A stretch of DNA of 64,000 nucleotides, from positions 372,001-436,000 of the forward strand of contig NW_003314290.1 of the NCBI RefSeq assembly GCF_000143415.4, in the 5' to 3' direction. Both the position numbers and the translations under genes were made by a program. Below the pieces are notes generated by a model. That model saw only the letters and a program-made list of their open reading frames with translations. It was not told where the DNA came from and searched no databases. How positions within the stretch are numbered: the first letter of the stretch is position 1; each line of letters opens with the position of its first letter. Below are positions 23,246 through 34,069 of this stretch, in pieces. The stretch comes from Selaginella moellendorffii (lineage: Eukaryota; Plantae; Lycopodiophyta).

Positions 23246-25852
23246 TGCATAGTTAGATTACTTAGTGTGAAAGCTTGGCATATTTAACTTGAACACTTTG
23301 GTGCAAATGGCACCAAGGACATGGTGAATGAGATAGGGACACTTAGTCTCAATTGCTATGGACCCTTGGCTAAAATGGTTACCTTAGGCACACCACCAAG
23401 TGTGGGGGATGCCCCCGGGGTCATGGTTAACAACTTAAAAGTCTGGAAGACTTAGTACCTATTGATAAACTTGTTAAGTTGCCAAGATGAGATCACTAGG
23501 CAATATTATAGCTAAATAAGGATAAGGTCTTTGTTTAGGTAAGGAATAAAGTTCCTAGTTCAAAGTGTTGATTTAAACTAATGATAATGGTGTGGCTTGG
23601 TTAAGGTGACTAAGTGGGAAGAACACTTAAGGGAAATGAACTATGTCAATGTAATGGCATAGTGAGTCTAAAGAAAGTAGTCTCTAGAAGAGACCCATAG
23701 AATGGTCACAAAGTTGAGCCATGAATGGGGCCTATAACATAAAATGCTAAAGAGACATATTAAGGATGATCACCCTTTAGACTTAGCAAATGGAGCTTTT
23801 GCCATGAAACTGAAAGAATACCTCAAGGATAGAGGTGGTGATTCTATATTGCTTCGTGTAACAATCAATGAATAGAAGCAAAAGACTAGGGGTTAAAAAA
23901 AAAGCTATGGGAATCATGGGAAGGACTTTAAATAGCAAAGTTAGGCCAGGAACACCAATGTGTTGGAGGCTAATGGATTGTGGGAAAGACAATGTGTTTC
24001 TAAGGATGGATTCCCAATTGCTCCGATTTAGTGAAAGTGGAAGCTCCAAAGGAGGGAGCGGTAAAGTAACCAAATGATAGGGCCGTGAATAACCCTAGCA
24101 CAAATTATAATACTTAGAACTTAGTGCTAAAGTTGGCACGAAATAAAAAAGAGGATGATAGTGCCCTCAAATAGAGAACTTCCAAGGATGGGGAAATGGA
24201 GTTGCACAATATATGTAATGCAAAGTGTCGGAGACACCCAAGAAATTGACTTCGAGAAGTCAAAATTTAAAGTTCCAAAGTGCAAAGGTTATATTTATGG
24301 AAATTGAGATTACTTGAGAATGAGTAGTGGAATTGAGTTAAAGAAGGTGTCTCTAACAAGTTTAGCAAGAAATAACCCAATAAAAAGAGAGAACCACCAC
24401 AAATGGTTGAATGAGCCTCTAAGTTGGAGAGATTATACTCCTTAAAGGATGGACAAGGCATGGTGAACCTTCGGTATCAAACCATTGATGAATATTGGCT
24501 AAATGCCAAGGATGGAAAGGTTAATGTATGTTAATATTAATTTATAAAATAATCTATCATTTGATGAGGACATTGAACTTCGTCTATGGGTGGTGGAGTT
24601 GTTGTAAGGAACCAACTCGCCGAGGTGTCGTAGGCTAAAGAACCCCGAAATCATGACCAAAATGACAAAGAGTTCATCGGATGGGACCAAGTCGAAGATC
24701 GAGTCCAAGATCGACTCTAGGACCGAGTTCGAGATAGAGTCCGGAATCAAGTCCGAGACCGACTCGGGGACCGAGTTCGAGTCCGAGACCGACTCGGGGA
24801 CCGAGTTCGAGTCCGAGTTCGAGACCGAGTTCGAGACGGAGTCCGAGATCCGAAATCGGGTCCGAGACCGAGTCCGAGGTCGAGTCCGAGGTCGGGTCCG
24901 AGATCGGGTCCGAAATCGAGTCCGAGATCGAGTCCGAGACCGAATCCGAAGTCGGATCCGAAATCGGGTCCGAGATCGAGCCAAAGACTAAGTCCAAATA
25001 CTAATACGGGTCAAGGGGTGAAAGCCCAAAGCGTGCGTCTCCCAGGGGGGGGGGCGGGGGCTGCAGGGGGTTCCAAAAGTATAGTAGGGATAGTGAGGTC
25101 CAGGAACCAGTTTTGAAGGGACTCTCCAGTTGGGCTTCCAAACCGACTTGAGGTTGAGACTGGGACCGAGGGGCCTTGGGTGGGAGTGAGCATGGACTTG
25201 GTTGGTGCTGGAGGGGCCATCCAAGGAAGTGCTCAAGAGCAACTCTCACTCCCGAAAGGGAAACCGATTGCGGTGCTCCCGGCTCATGTGGAGTGGTGCC
25301 CCACTTGAGTACCATGCGGCTCATTGGTCCTCGCCCTTCCTAGGGGCTTGGGCCTTCCTTCGGGATGGAAGTGGGGGGGTAGAGGTACCCATACCGGGCC
25401 GCTAGGCCACGGTGTTTCGCCCCGGCGTCCCGAAGCAAGTGTTGCACTCAAGACTTGGGATTTAGAGGGTCCCATGATCAAGTCTTGTGGTACTAAGGGA
25501 TGTTAGGAACCTGGAAGCTTGGTGTGCTTGGCTGCTTGTGCTTGCGGGGAGTGTAGCCGAACCTTAAGTCCAGTCTAACCCGGGGAGGGGGATTGGGAGA
25601 GATTGGGAATCCGTGGATGGATGGCTAACGCTCCGTTGCTCGTGCAGTGAGTAGCTAAAAGCAAGTAGGACCAAGTAGGAGTTGGTACCATAGGTGAGAA
25701 CCTTGGCGAGGGAACTTAGCAAAAGCCAAGGCAGTGTCGGACGGATAGACGAGGTAAGCTAGCAAATTAGAAAGGAAAAATTTGTGGCTTACAATTTGGT
25801 ATCAGAGCCTTTTCCTCAGTTCTAGCGAAGGATAGAGGCGGATTGCTGGGAG

Positions 25853-28800
25853 ATGGCAAGGGCAGGGCGTAAGCGAACCCAGGCGGAGATGGAACCTCCG
25901 CCAGAGCTGGAGCCTCCGGTCGAACAAGAGGCTATGGATGAGGAATCCTTGCATGAGGAGGACTCCAGTGAGGAAACTTCCAAACAGGAGTCCGGTGGCG
26001 AGGTTCGGTCGTCGAAGGCTCGATTGGACGTGCTAGAAGGACAATTGGCACAGACCAATGCCCTGCTGGAAACTCTCGTACGCAAGCTAAAGCGTGACGA
26101 GAGGCGGAAGAAAAAGAGAAAGACTGCGGATGCTGGCAGTGCAGAAGGTGCGGACCTTTCGGCAGGGACTGAGGCAAAGCCAGACAAGGTCGAACAGACC
26201 GAAGTAGAATCAGTCCCTCAGGCAGTTCCCAAGTACAAACCAAAGCCCCCACCGGTCTTCAAGGGAGTGAATGACTATAAGGTGGTGGAGGATTGGTTTT
26301 ACGATATGGAGGACTACTTCCGAGCGTTGCGATTATCGAGCTCGAAGAAGGTCCCATGTGCAAAACCATACTTGGCAGATAATGCCAAGTCTTGGTGGAG
26401 AACGACAGAGGCCAACGAAGGACCAGTGGCCACTTGGGACATGATGAAGGCAAGAATCCGCACAACATACGTTCCTCTGAATGCCACTCTGCATCTGAGA
26501 GATGAGCTGAGTAGGCTGAAGCAAACTAGAACCATCCAAGAATATGTGAATGGGTTCATGGCAAAGAGGATACTGGTCACGGACATGGGGGATATGGATG
26601 CGTTCCATGCCTTCATATCAGGTTTGCAAACCTGGGCTCGCGGCGAGGTGATGCGGTGGAACCCGACCAACTACAAGGAAGCGTTGGATGCAGCCATCAA
26701 GGTGCATTTCAATGATAACCTACGAAAGGGGAACACGACGGGGTTGGGATCCACGTTTAGCAAAGGGGCCAAACCAAGGGGAACGTATAGCAGGGGGGAA
26801 TTCAAGAAGAGTTTCTCTAAGAATGAGTCCTCGGGGTTCCGGAAAGGCAAATCCGGTGGCCAGCGAGCGAGTACGTGGGGGAGTCAAGCGAAAAGGGACA
26901 AACCCACGGATAAGAAGGTCAAGTCATATAGCAGCGTGGGAAACAACGTATGCTACAACTGCGGTGAAGCGGGACACTTTTCGAGGGAATGTCCCTACCC
27001 GAAGAAGGCCAGAGCCAATATGGCCATCAAGTCGGGTGAAGTCCAAACTGAGGTATGTGATCCAGTCCCTAACTCAAAGTTACTCATTACACAAGCAACT
27101 TTGGTAGAGAGTCGTTCGCGACATCTACTAGCCTTCCGAGGGAAGCTCGGAGGTAGCTTTGTTAAGATCCTTATTGACACGGGTGCTTCGGATAATTTTG
27201 TGGCTGCAGACATAGTCCGGCAAGCCGGACTAACGGTGCAGCGGCTAGGCGAACCAAGGACTATAGAGTTTGTTCAAGGTAGCCAAAGCACTTATGAGGT
27301 ACTTCGACAAGCGAGAGTCGAAGTAGGGACATGGAAAGTAGACATGGATTTCACCGTGTTGGACATGGCGGGATTTGACGTGATCTTCGGAATGGATTGG
27401 TTCAATCGGTTCGTGGTAGCCTTGCATGGACAAGGTAGGAACCTTGTGGTACTGGCGAATGCCCAAGGAAGAAGATCTAGGGTGGAGGCCCAGGATTTAA
27501 AGGTAGAGCAAAGCAAGGCCAAAGAATCTTGCTTAAACCTGGTGTCCACGAGAGGACAACTCACTAAAGGAACTAAGGCAGCCTTTTTGTGCTTACTCTC
27601 GGTGAAGAGTGACAAAAAGACAGGAACGGAAGAAGTACCTTTAGTGATCCAGCGGGTGTTGGACCAATTCCAGGATACCATGCCAGAGGAACTACCGGCG
27701 GGGTTACCCCCCGCAAAACCGATAGAACATAAGATTGAGCTGGTCGAGGGTGCTGAGGCGGTGGTTCGTCCCCCCTATCGTTTGAACGAAAAAGAACTCA
27801 AGGAGCTCAAGTGCCAACTAGAGGAGCTGGTGGACAAAGGGTATGTTAGGTTGAGCAAGTCGCCGTATGGGGCGCCGGTATTATTTGTGAAAAAAAAAGA
27901 TGGATCTATGCGCATGTGCATAGATTACCGGTTGCTCAACAAGTATACCAAGAAGAACAAGTACCCTTTGCCAAGGATTGAGGACCTGTTCGATAGGTTG
28001 GGAAAGGCAAAATACTTCTCGAGGATTGACCTAAGGTCAGGATACTACCAGATCAGGGTAGCTGAGGAAGATGTCGAGAAGACAACCTGTCGAACGAGGT
28101 ATGGGAGCTTTGAGTTTCTGGTGATGCCCTTTGGGCTGTGCAATGCACCGGCAACATTTTCGGCGTTGATGAACCACATCTTTGTACCCTATCTGGATCA
28201 CTTCGTGGTCGTCTATATTGACGACATCTTGATCTATAGCGAGACGCTAGAGGAGCATGCCGAACACTTGGCGAACGTGTTTGAGAAACTAAGGGAACAC
28301 AAACTGTATGCTAAAGAGAGCAAATGTGACTTTGCTCAACAAGAGGTAAAGTTTCTCGGGCATGTGGTTGGCCAAGATGGGCTCAAGGTGGACCCTGAGA
28401 AGGTCCAAGCGATCCAGGAATGGGAGCGACCATCGAATGTACACGAGTTAAGGGCATTCTTGGGGCTATGCAACTACTATCGAAAGTTTATCAGACACTA
28501 TTCGAGAGTAGCCCTACCCTTAACGGACCAAACGGGAAAAGGGAAGATGGTATGGACAGCGGAATGCGAGGCGGCATTTGTCCACCTCAAGGGGAAGTTG
28601 AGGAAGGCTCCCGTGTTGGCATTACCAGATTTTGGTAAGGACTTTGAGGTAGACACGGATGCTTCGGACTTTGCGTTGGGCGCAGTTTTAAAGCAAGACA
28701 ACCATCCAGTAGCATTCTTCTCGAAGAAGTTGGACAAGGCTCAACGGAAGTGGCCTGCCCACGAGAAGGAATTGTTTGCGGTGGTCAAGGCGCTCAAGGA

Positions 28801-30625
28801 GTGGCGACACTACCTTGGGAGACACTTTAAGGTTTACACAGACAATGTGGCAACGAAACACTTCTTGTCACAGCCCGACCTGAGAGGGAAACAAGGTCGG
28901 TGGGCCAATGCCTTGGCCGAGTTCGATTGCGAAATTCTGTACAAGCCTGGGAAGAGCAACATCGTGGCAGATGCGCTAAGTCGAAAAGCGAGCTTGAGGT
29001 TGGCGATATCCAGCGCAACAGCAACCTTCTGGGACGATGTGCGGACAGCATATGAGAACGATGGTCTAGCACAAGAAGTGTTGCTGAGGAATCTAGAAGC
29101 GCGGGAAGCTCACCAGAGAGGTGAGCTGCCAACGGAAGAGAAAACGGGCTATGCGGAACACAACGGACTCATCTATTACAAGCAAACGAGGGTGTATGTC
29201 CCAGAAGGGGAACTAAGGAAGGTAGCCTTAGAAGAGTGTCATGACGGACCTCTTGCAGGACACGGCGGAGTGCCCAAGACGATGGGCTTACTCAAGAGGA
29301 AGTACCATTGGCCAGATATGGCTAAGGACGTCCAAGACTATGTAAAGACATGTCCAACATGTCAGCAAGTCAAAGCCGTGACTAAGGCTAGTGGGGGCTT
29401 ATTGCAAAGCATCCCAATTCCAGATCGTCCGTGGAAATGTCTTACGATGGACTTCATCACGGGACTACCCCCAAGCGAGGGGTTCGATGCGATATTCGTG
29501 GTGGTGGATCGATTTTCGAAGATGGCACATTTCATACCCACCACAACGGAAGTGGATGCGGAAGGTGTGGCGAAGCTGTTCTTTGAACAAGTGGTTCGAG
29601 TGCGGGGAAGGCCAGAAGAGATTATCTCAGATCGAGATAAGATCTTCACGAGTAGGTTTTGGAGGACCCTCCTGGAACAGTATCACACCAAGTTGAAATT
29701 CAGCACAGCCTATCACCCACAGACAGGTATGGGGTATTAAGTCAAGTTTGGTGGCCCTAACACTTCTTGACAGATGGACAAACGGAAAGGGTGAATAGGC
29801 AGCTGGAGGATTATTTGCGATGCTATGTCTCGGGAGACTAGACCGATTGGGTAAGTCATTTGGGACTTGCGGAAATGTGTTATAACAACTCACCACATTC
29901 GAGTATCGGGGTGAGTCCATGGGAAGTCATCAATGGGCGAGTTATTGAAGGTCCTGTGGAACTCAGCGTGGCCGAGTATCATGGAGAGCTACCCGCAGTG
30001 GAGGCATTCACGGCGGAAAGACTCAACATTTGGAATCTAGTGAGGGATTCCTTGGAACGGGCTCAACAAAGGCAGACCAAGTACGCGAACCTAAAGCGCC
30101 GGGATGTAGAGTTCCAAGCTAGGGAGAAGGTGTGGCTGAACACCAAGAACCTCAGGCTACCAAGTGGGATCAGCCGAAAGTTGACCCAAAGGTAAAAATG
30201 AATGTATTCCTGTAAATGAATTGATCTTGAGTTCCTTAAGCAGGTTCGCGGGGCCTTACGAGATTGAGGCACGAATCGGTAAAGTGGCTTACCGACTCCG
30301 ACTTCCTCGAGAGATGGGGAAGATGCACCCAGTGTTCCACGTGAACTTACTCAAGCCGTACTTTGAGGATCCGCTTCGCAAGGACCAAGTAAGACCTTTA
30401 CCTGAGGTTATCCAAGGGGAAGAGGAATACGAAGTCGAGGCCATCCTCAATGCGCGCAAGAGCAAGCGACAAGGACGCGAGGTGAGAGAGTTCCATGTGA
30501 AGTGGAAAGGATTTCCACACTACGAAGCAACATGGGAACCAGAGGAGAACCTAGCGAACGCGCGAGATCTAGTGGAGGAATTTTTGCAAAGTAGAACTCT
30601 ATGTACTTATGCAAAGTTCAATTAA
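25853..30625 (+). CDS. gag-pol: Gag-Pol polyprotein (Gag, CCHC knuckle, protease, RT, RNase H, integrase, chromodomain); predicted exons 25853-29726, 29774-30191, 30244-30625; one premature TAG at 29839-29841
   Basis: Motifs: [49 protein letters not shown] zinc finger, MDF...SDRD...(spliced)[13 protein letters not shown], and chromodomain EYEVEAIL...FHVKWKGF...ATWEPEENL. Confidence 0.93.
29727..29773 (+). other. Predicted 47-nt spliceosomal intron 1 in the integrase core
   Basis: G|GTATGG...CCCTAAC (branch point)...CTTCTTGACAG|AT. Removal gives [13 protein letters not shown]. Confidence 0.85.
30192..30243 (+). other. Predicted 52-nt spliceosomal intron 2 at the integrase GPY/F motif
   Basis: AG|GTAAAA...TAAGCAG|G, AT-rich. 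Removal gives KLTQ-R-FAGPY. Confidence 0.85.
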
Positions 30626-30720
30626 AAATATCAATTTGCAAAGTTGAGCAAGTGGCATATGTTGGGACCCGAAGGCATGCCGAAGGTAAGCTAATTAGCA
30701 TGGGTTAGCTAGGTCGACCA

Positions 30721-30965
30721 GGTGTAGGGAGCTACGCCCGACTCCCTGCGGGGATGTCGAATCCGTAGACGTATTCTACGGAGGTTGGGTTCGAGTCCCA
30801 ACCCCCTAGTAAAGCAAGGCTGGGTTCAAGTCCCGACCCCATACTAGGGCGTGGTGAGGTGAGGAGTATAGGGACACCTATATTCCGTTGTCATGAGCTC
30901 TTGGCCGGGGAGGCTAACTTAGGCACACTGCTAAGTGGGGGGATGCCCCCGGAGACATGGTCAAC
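30721..30965 (+). ncRNA. Candidate cis-acting structured RNA in the 3' UTR of B1
   Basis: Hairpins: GGTGTAG/CTACGCC, TCCGTAGA/TCTACGGA, GGTTGGG-TTCGAGT-CCCAACC (30783-30803), CCCTAGTA/TACTAGGG enclosing GGG-TTCAAGT-CCC, and GGAGTATAGG-GACA-CCTATATTCC. Confidence 0.65.
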
Positions 30966-33900
30966 AAGTCGTAGGATCAAAAGAGAGACGTTCGATGTGG
31001 GCATCGAACTTCTTCTATGGGTGGTGGAGTTGTAAGGAACCAACTCGCCGAGGTGTCGTAGGCTAAAAGAACCCCGAAAGCATGACCAAAATGACAAAGA
31101 GTTCATCGGATGGGACCAAGTCGAAGATCGAGTCCAAGACCGACTCTAGGACCGAGTTCGAGATAGAGTCCGGAATCGAGTCCGAGACCGACTCGGGGAC
31201 CGAGTTCGAGTTCGAGTTCGAGACCGAGTTCGAGACGGAGTCCGAGATCCGAAATCGGGTCCGAGACCGAGTCCGAGGTCGAGTCCGAGGTCGGGTCCGA
31301 GATCAGGTCCGAGATCGAGTCCGAGACCGAATCCGAAGTCGGATCCGAAATCGGGTCCGAGATCGAGCCAGAGACTAAGTCCAAATACTAATATGGGTCA
31401 AGGGGTGAAAGCCCAAAGCGTGCGTCTCCCAGGGGGGGGGGGCTGCAGGGGGTTCCAAAAGTATAGTAGGGATAGTGAGGTCCAGGAACCAGTTTTGAAG
31501 GGACTCTCCAGTTGGGCTTCCAAACCGACTTGAGGTTGAGACTGGGACCGAGGGGCCTTGGGTGGGAGTGAGCATGGACTTGGTTGGTGCCGGAGGGGCC
31601 ATCCAAGGAAGTGCTCAAGAGTAGCTCCCACTCCCGAAAGGGAAACCGATTGCGGTGCTCCCGGCTCATGTGGAGTGGTGCCCCACTTGAGTACCATGCG
31701 GCTCATTGGTCCTCGCCCTTCCTAGGGGCTTGGGCCTTCATTCGGGATGGAAGTGGGGGGGTAGAGGTACCCATACCGGGCCGCTAGGCCACGGTGTTTC
31801 GCCCCGGCGTCCCGAAGCAAGTGTTGCACTCAAGACTTGGGATTTAGAGGGTCCCATGATCAAGTCTTGTGGTACCAAGGGATGTTAGGAACCTGGAAGC
31901 TTGGTGTGCTTGGCTGCTTGTGCTTGCGGGGAGTGTAGCCGAACCTTAAGTCCAGTCTAACTCGGGGAGGGGGATTAGGAGAGATTGGGAATCCATGGAT
32001 GGATGGCTAACACTCTGTTGCTCGTGCAGTGAGTAGCTGAAAGCAAGTAGGACCAAGTAGGAGTTGGTACCATAGGCGAGAACCTTGGCGAGGGAACTTA
32101 GCAAAAGCCAAGGCAGTGTTGGACGGATAGATGAGGTAAGCTAGCAAATTGGAAAGGAAAAATTTGTGGCTTACAGTTGTGTGACACAAATCCCTAAGCC
32201 CCAAAGTGGAGCCAAAAGGGTGCCACGTGGTAGTGGCCGAAGCGAAATCCAAACGAACATAACACGTTTGGACTAAAAGCTCTGACTTGAAAAGTCGAAA
32301 GCGGGAGTGGAACTCCCAATGAAGTGCTCAAGGAACAAGCATGAACAAGCATGGAGTCCGAGATGGACCCAAGATAGAGTTCGAGATGGACCCGAGATGG
32401 AGTCCAAGATGGAGTCCGAGATGGAGTCTGAGATGGACCTGAAATGGAGTCTGAGATGGACCCAAAATGGAGTTTGAGATGGACCCGAGATGGAGTTCGA
32501 GATGCAATCTGAGATGGACCAAAGATGGAGTCCAAGATAGACCCGAGATGAAGTCCGAGATGGACCCAAGATGGAGTTCAAGATGGAACCAAGGCCGAGA
32601 CCGAGATTGAGACCGAGACCGAGTCCAAGTTCGAGTCCGAGACCGAGTCCGAGACCGAGACTGAGACTGAGCCCTAGTCCGAGTCTTAGTCCGAATACTA
32701 ATATAGGCTGTTGGGTGAAAGCCCAAAGCGATCGCCCCCTAGGGTAGGGGGGGGCTGTAGGGGGTTCCAAAAGTATAGTGGAGAGAGTGTGGGGGTTGGA
32801 GCCTAGTGGAGTCAGTCTGGCTAGGAAAGGCTAGTTTGGCCCAAGAAGGTTGTGCCCAGGTGTCAAGTGATGAGTTAACCACTGGGAAGTCTAAGACTAG
32901 AGTGAATACAAACCAACAAGTGGGGTAGTTTGGTGAAGTGTTCAAGAGCTGGCTCTAGTTCTCCCAAGAGATTGAAATGGTCGATGCTCCCAGTCCAAGC
33001 ATGGGTGGCACTACTTACTTGGATACCTAGTGCTGCTCAATTGAACCTCGCTCTAAGCCTATGGCTAAAGCACCCAAAGGTGAAAGGTGGGGAAAGTACC
33101 CATGAGGCTCGCATAGGGCCACAGTGTTCCGAAATGTTGTCCCAAAGTCCCAAACTATGGAAAGAAAGAGAAGCAGCCCTTTGGTATAGTGACCAAAGAT
33201 ACAGTCATGTGGTGAGGAAGTCCTAGAGGACAGTGGACTTAATGGTCAAGTTCATGGGCTTTGTCTCAGTGGCAGTGTTGGCGAACATGGCCATGGACAG
33301 AAAAGGGACTTGGTAAGGACTGTAAAATAGATATTGGAGAAGGCTGTACCCCATGTTTGCAAGCATCCTAAGGATGCTAAGGAGTGGATCTAGGATGATC
33401 ACTCATGAACAGATGGCCCAGTCTTATAAAAATTGGACTATGATGTGGGTGGTGTTAGACCACCGGTGTGGCCAAGCTGAATGGGCATAGCCTTAGTGTA
33501 ACGAGCTAATATGTCAGTGGTACCTTGGGATGTCGGTCATAGGATTAGACACGTGGAGCACTTGGACCAAGTGCAAAGGTTGAGTGGCATAGATGCCATT
33601 CTCGGGACTAGCAAGCCCCAAGTTTTGAATTGGATTTATGGAGGTTGTGAATGAGACTCCTCCAAGTGGTCGGAGGTGTGGTTAAGTGACTAAAGTAGAA
33701 TGAAAAAATTAGTCACTTACATTTATTCCTTAACCTCACAAGGACCTTATCCTTATTTTAGCCATAAGATCACCTAGTGATCTAACATTGACACCTTAAC
33801 AAGTTTGCCAATAGATACTAGGTCTTCTAGACCTTTAAGTTGTTGACCATGACCCCAGGGGCATCCTCCACACTTGGCAGTGCACCCAAGCCAGCCCTTT

Positions 33901-34069
33901 CGGCCAAGGGTCCATAGCAACTGAGACTAGATGTCCCCATCTCATTCACTACATCCTTGGTGCCACTCGCACCAAAGTGTTTAAGTTAGATATGCCGAGC
34001 CACACTAAGCAATCTAACTATACATCCATGACCACCGAAAAAATGAGTGTCCTCATACCATCACCACGC

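Larger units (their letters stand above)
24603..32175 (+). mobile_element. Element B1: full-length Ty3/Gypsy chromovirus
   Basis: LTRs 24603-25793 and 31031-32175 (TGTAAGG...CTTACA, nearly identical). Perfect TSD GTTGT. PBS TGGTATCAGAGC at 25797-25808, PPT-like GGGTGGTGGAGT before 31031. Encodes gag-pol with chromodomain. Confidence 0.97.
19844..33721 (+). mobile_element. Element A3: family-A copy nested in A4
   Basis: TGTGAGACAC at 19844 and CACTTACA ending 33721. TSD CTTAT/TTTAT, with A4 sequence continuous across it. The 5' LTR is deleted from ~20720 through the PBS. 3' LTR 32178-33721. Confidence 0.9.

Noticed and set aside
29727-30243. Reading the integrase breaks as random frameshifts or programmed ribosomal frameshifting
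   Set aside because: Each break is a clean ~50-nt insertion with GT-AG ends whose exact removal restores conserved motifs. Point indels or slippage would not add such sequence.
30783-30838. tRNA gene or SINE suggested by GGTTCGAGTCC
   Set aside because: No complete cloverleaf, convincing A-box, tail or TSD. The motif is doubled within a larger hairpin series, so it is reported as a structured element instead.
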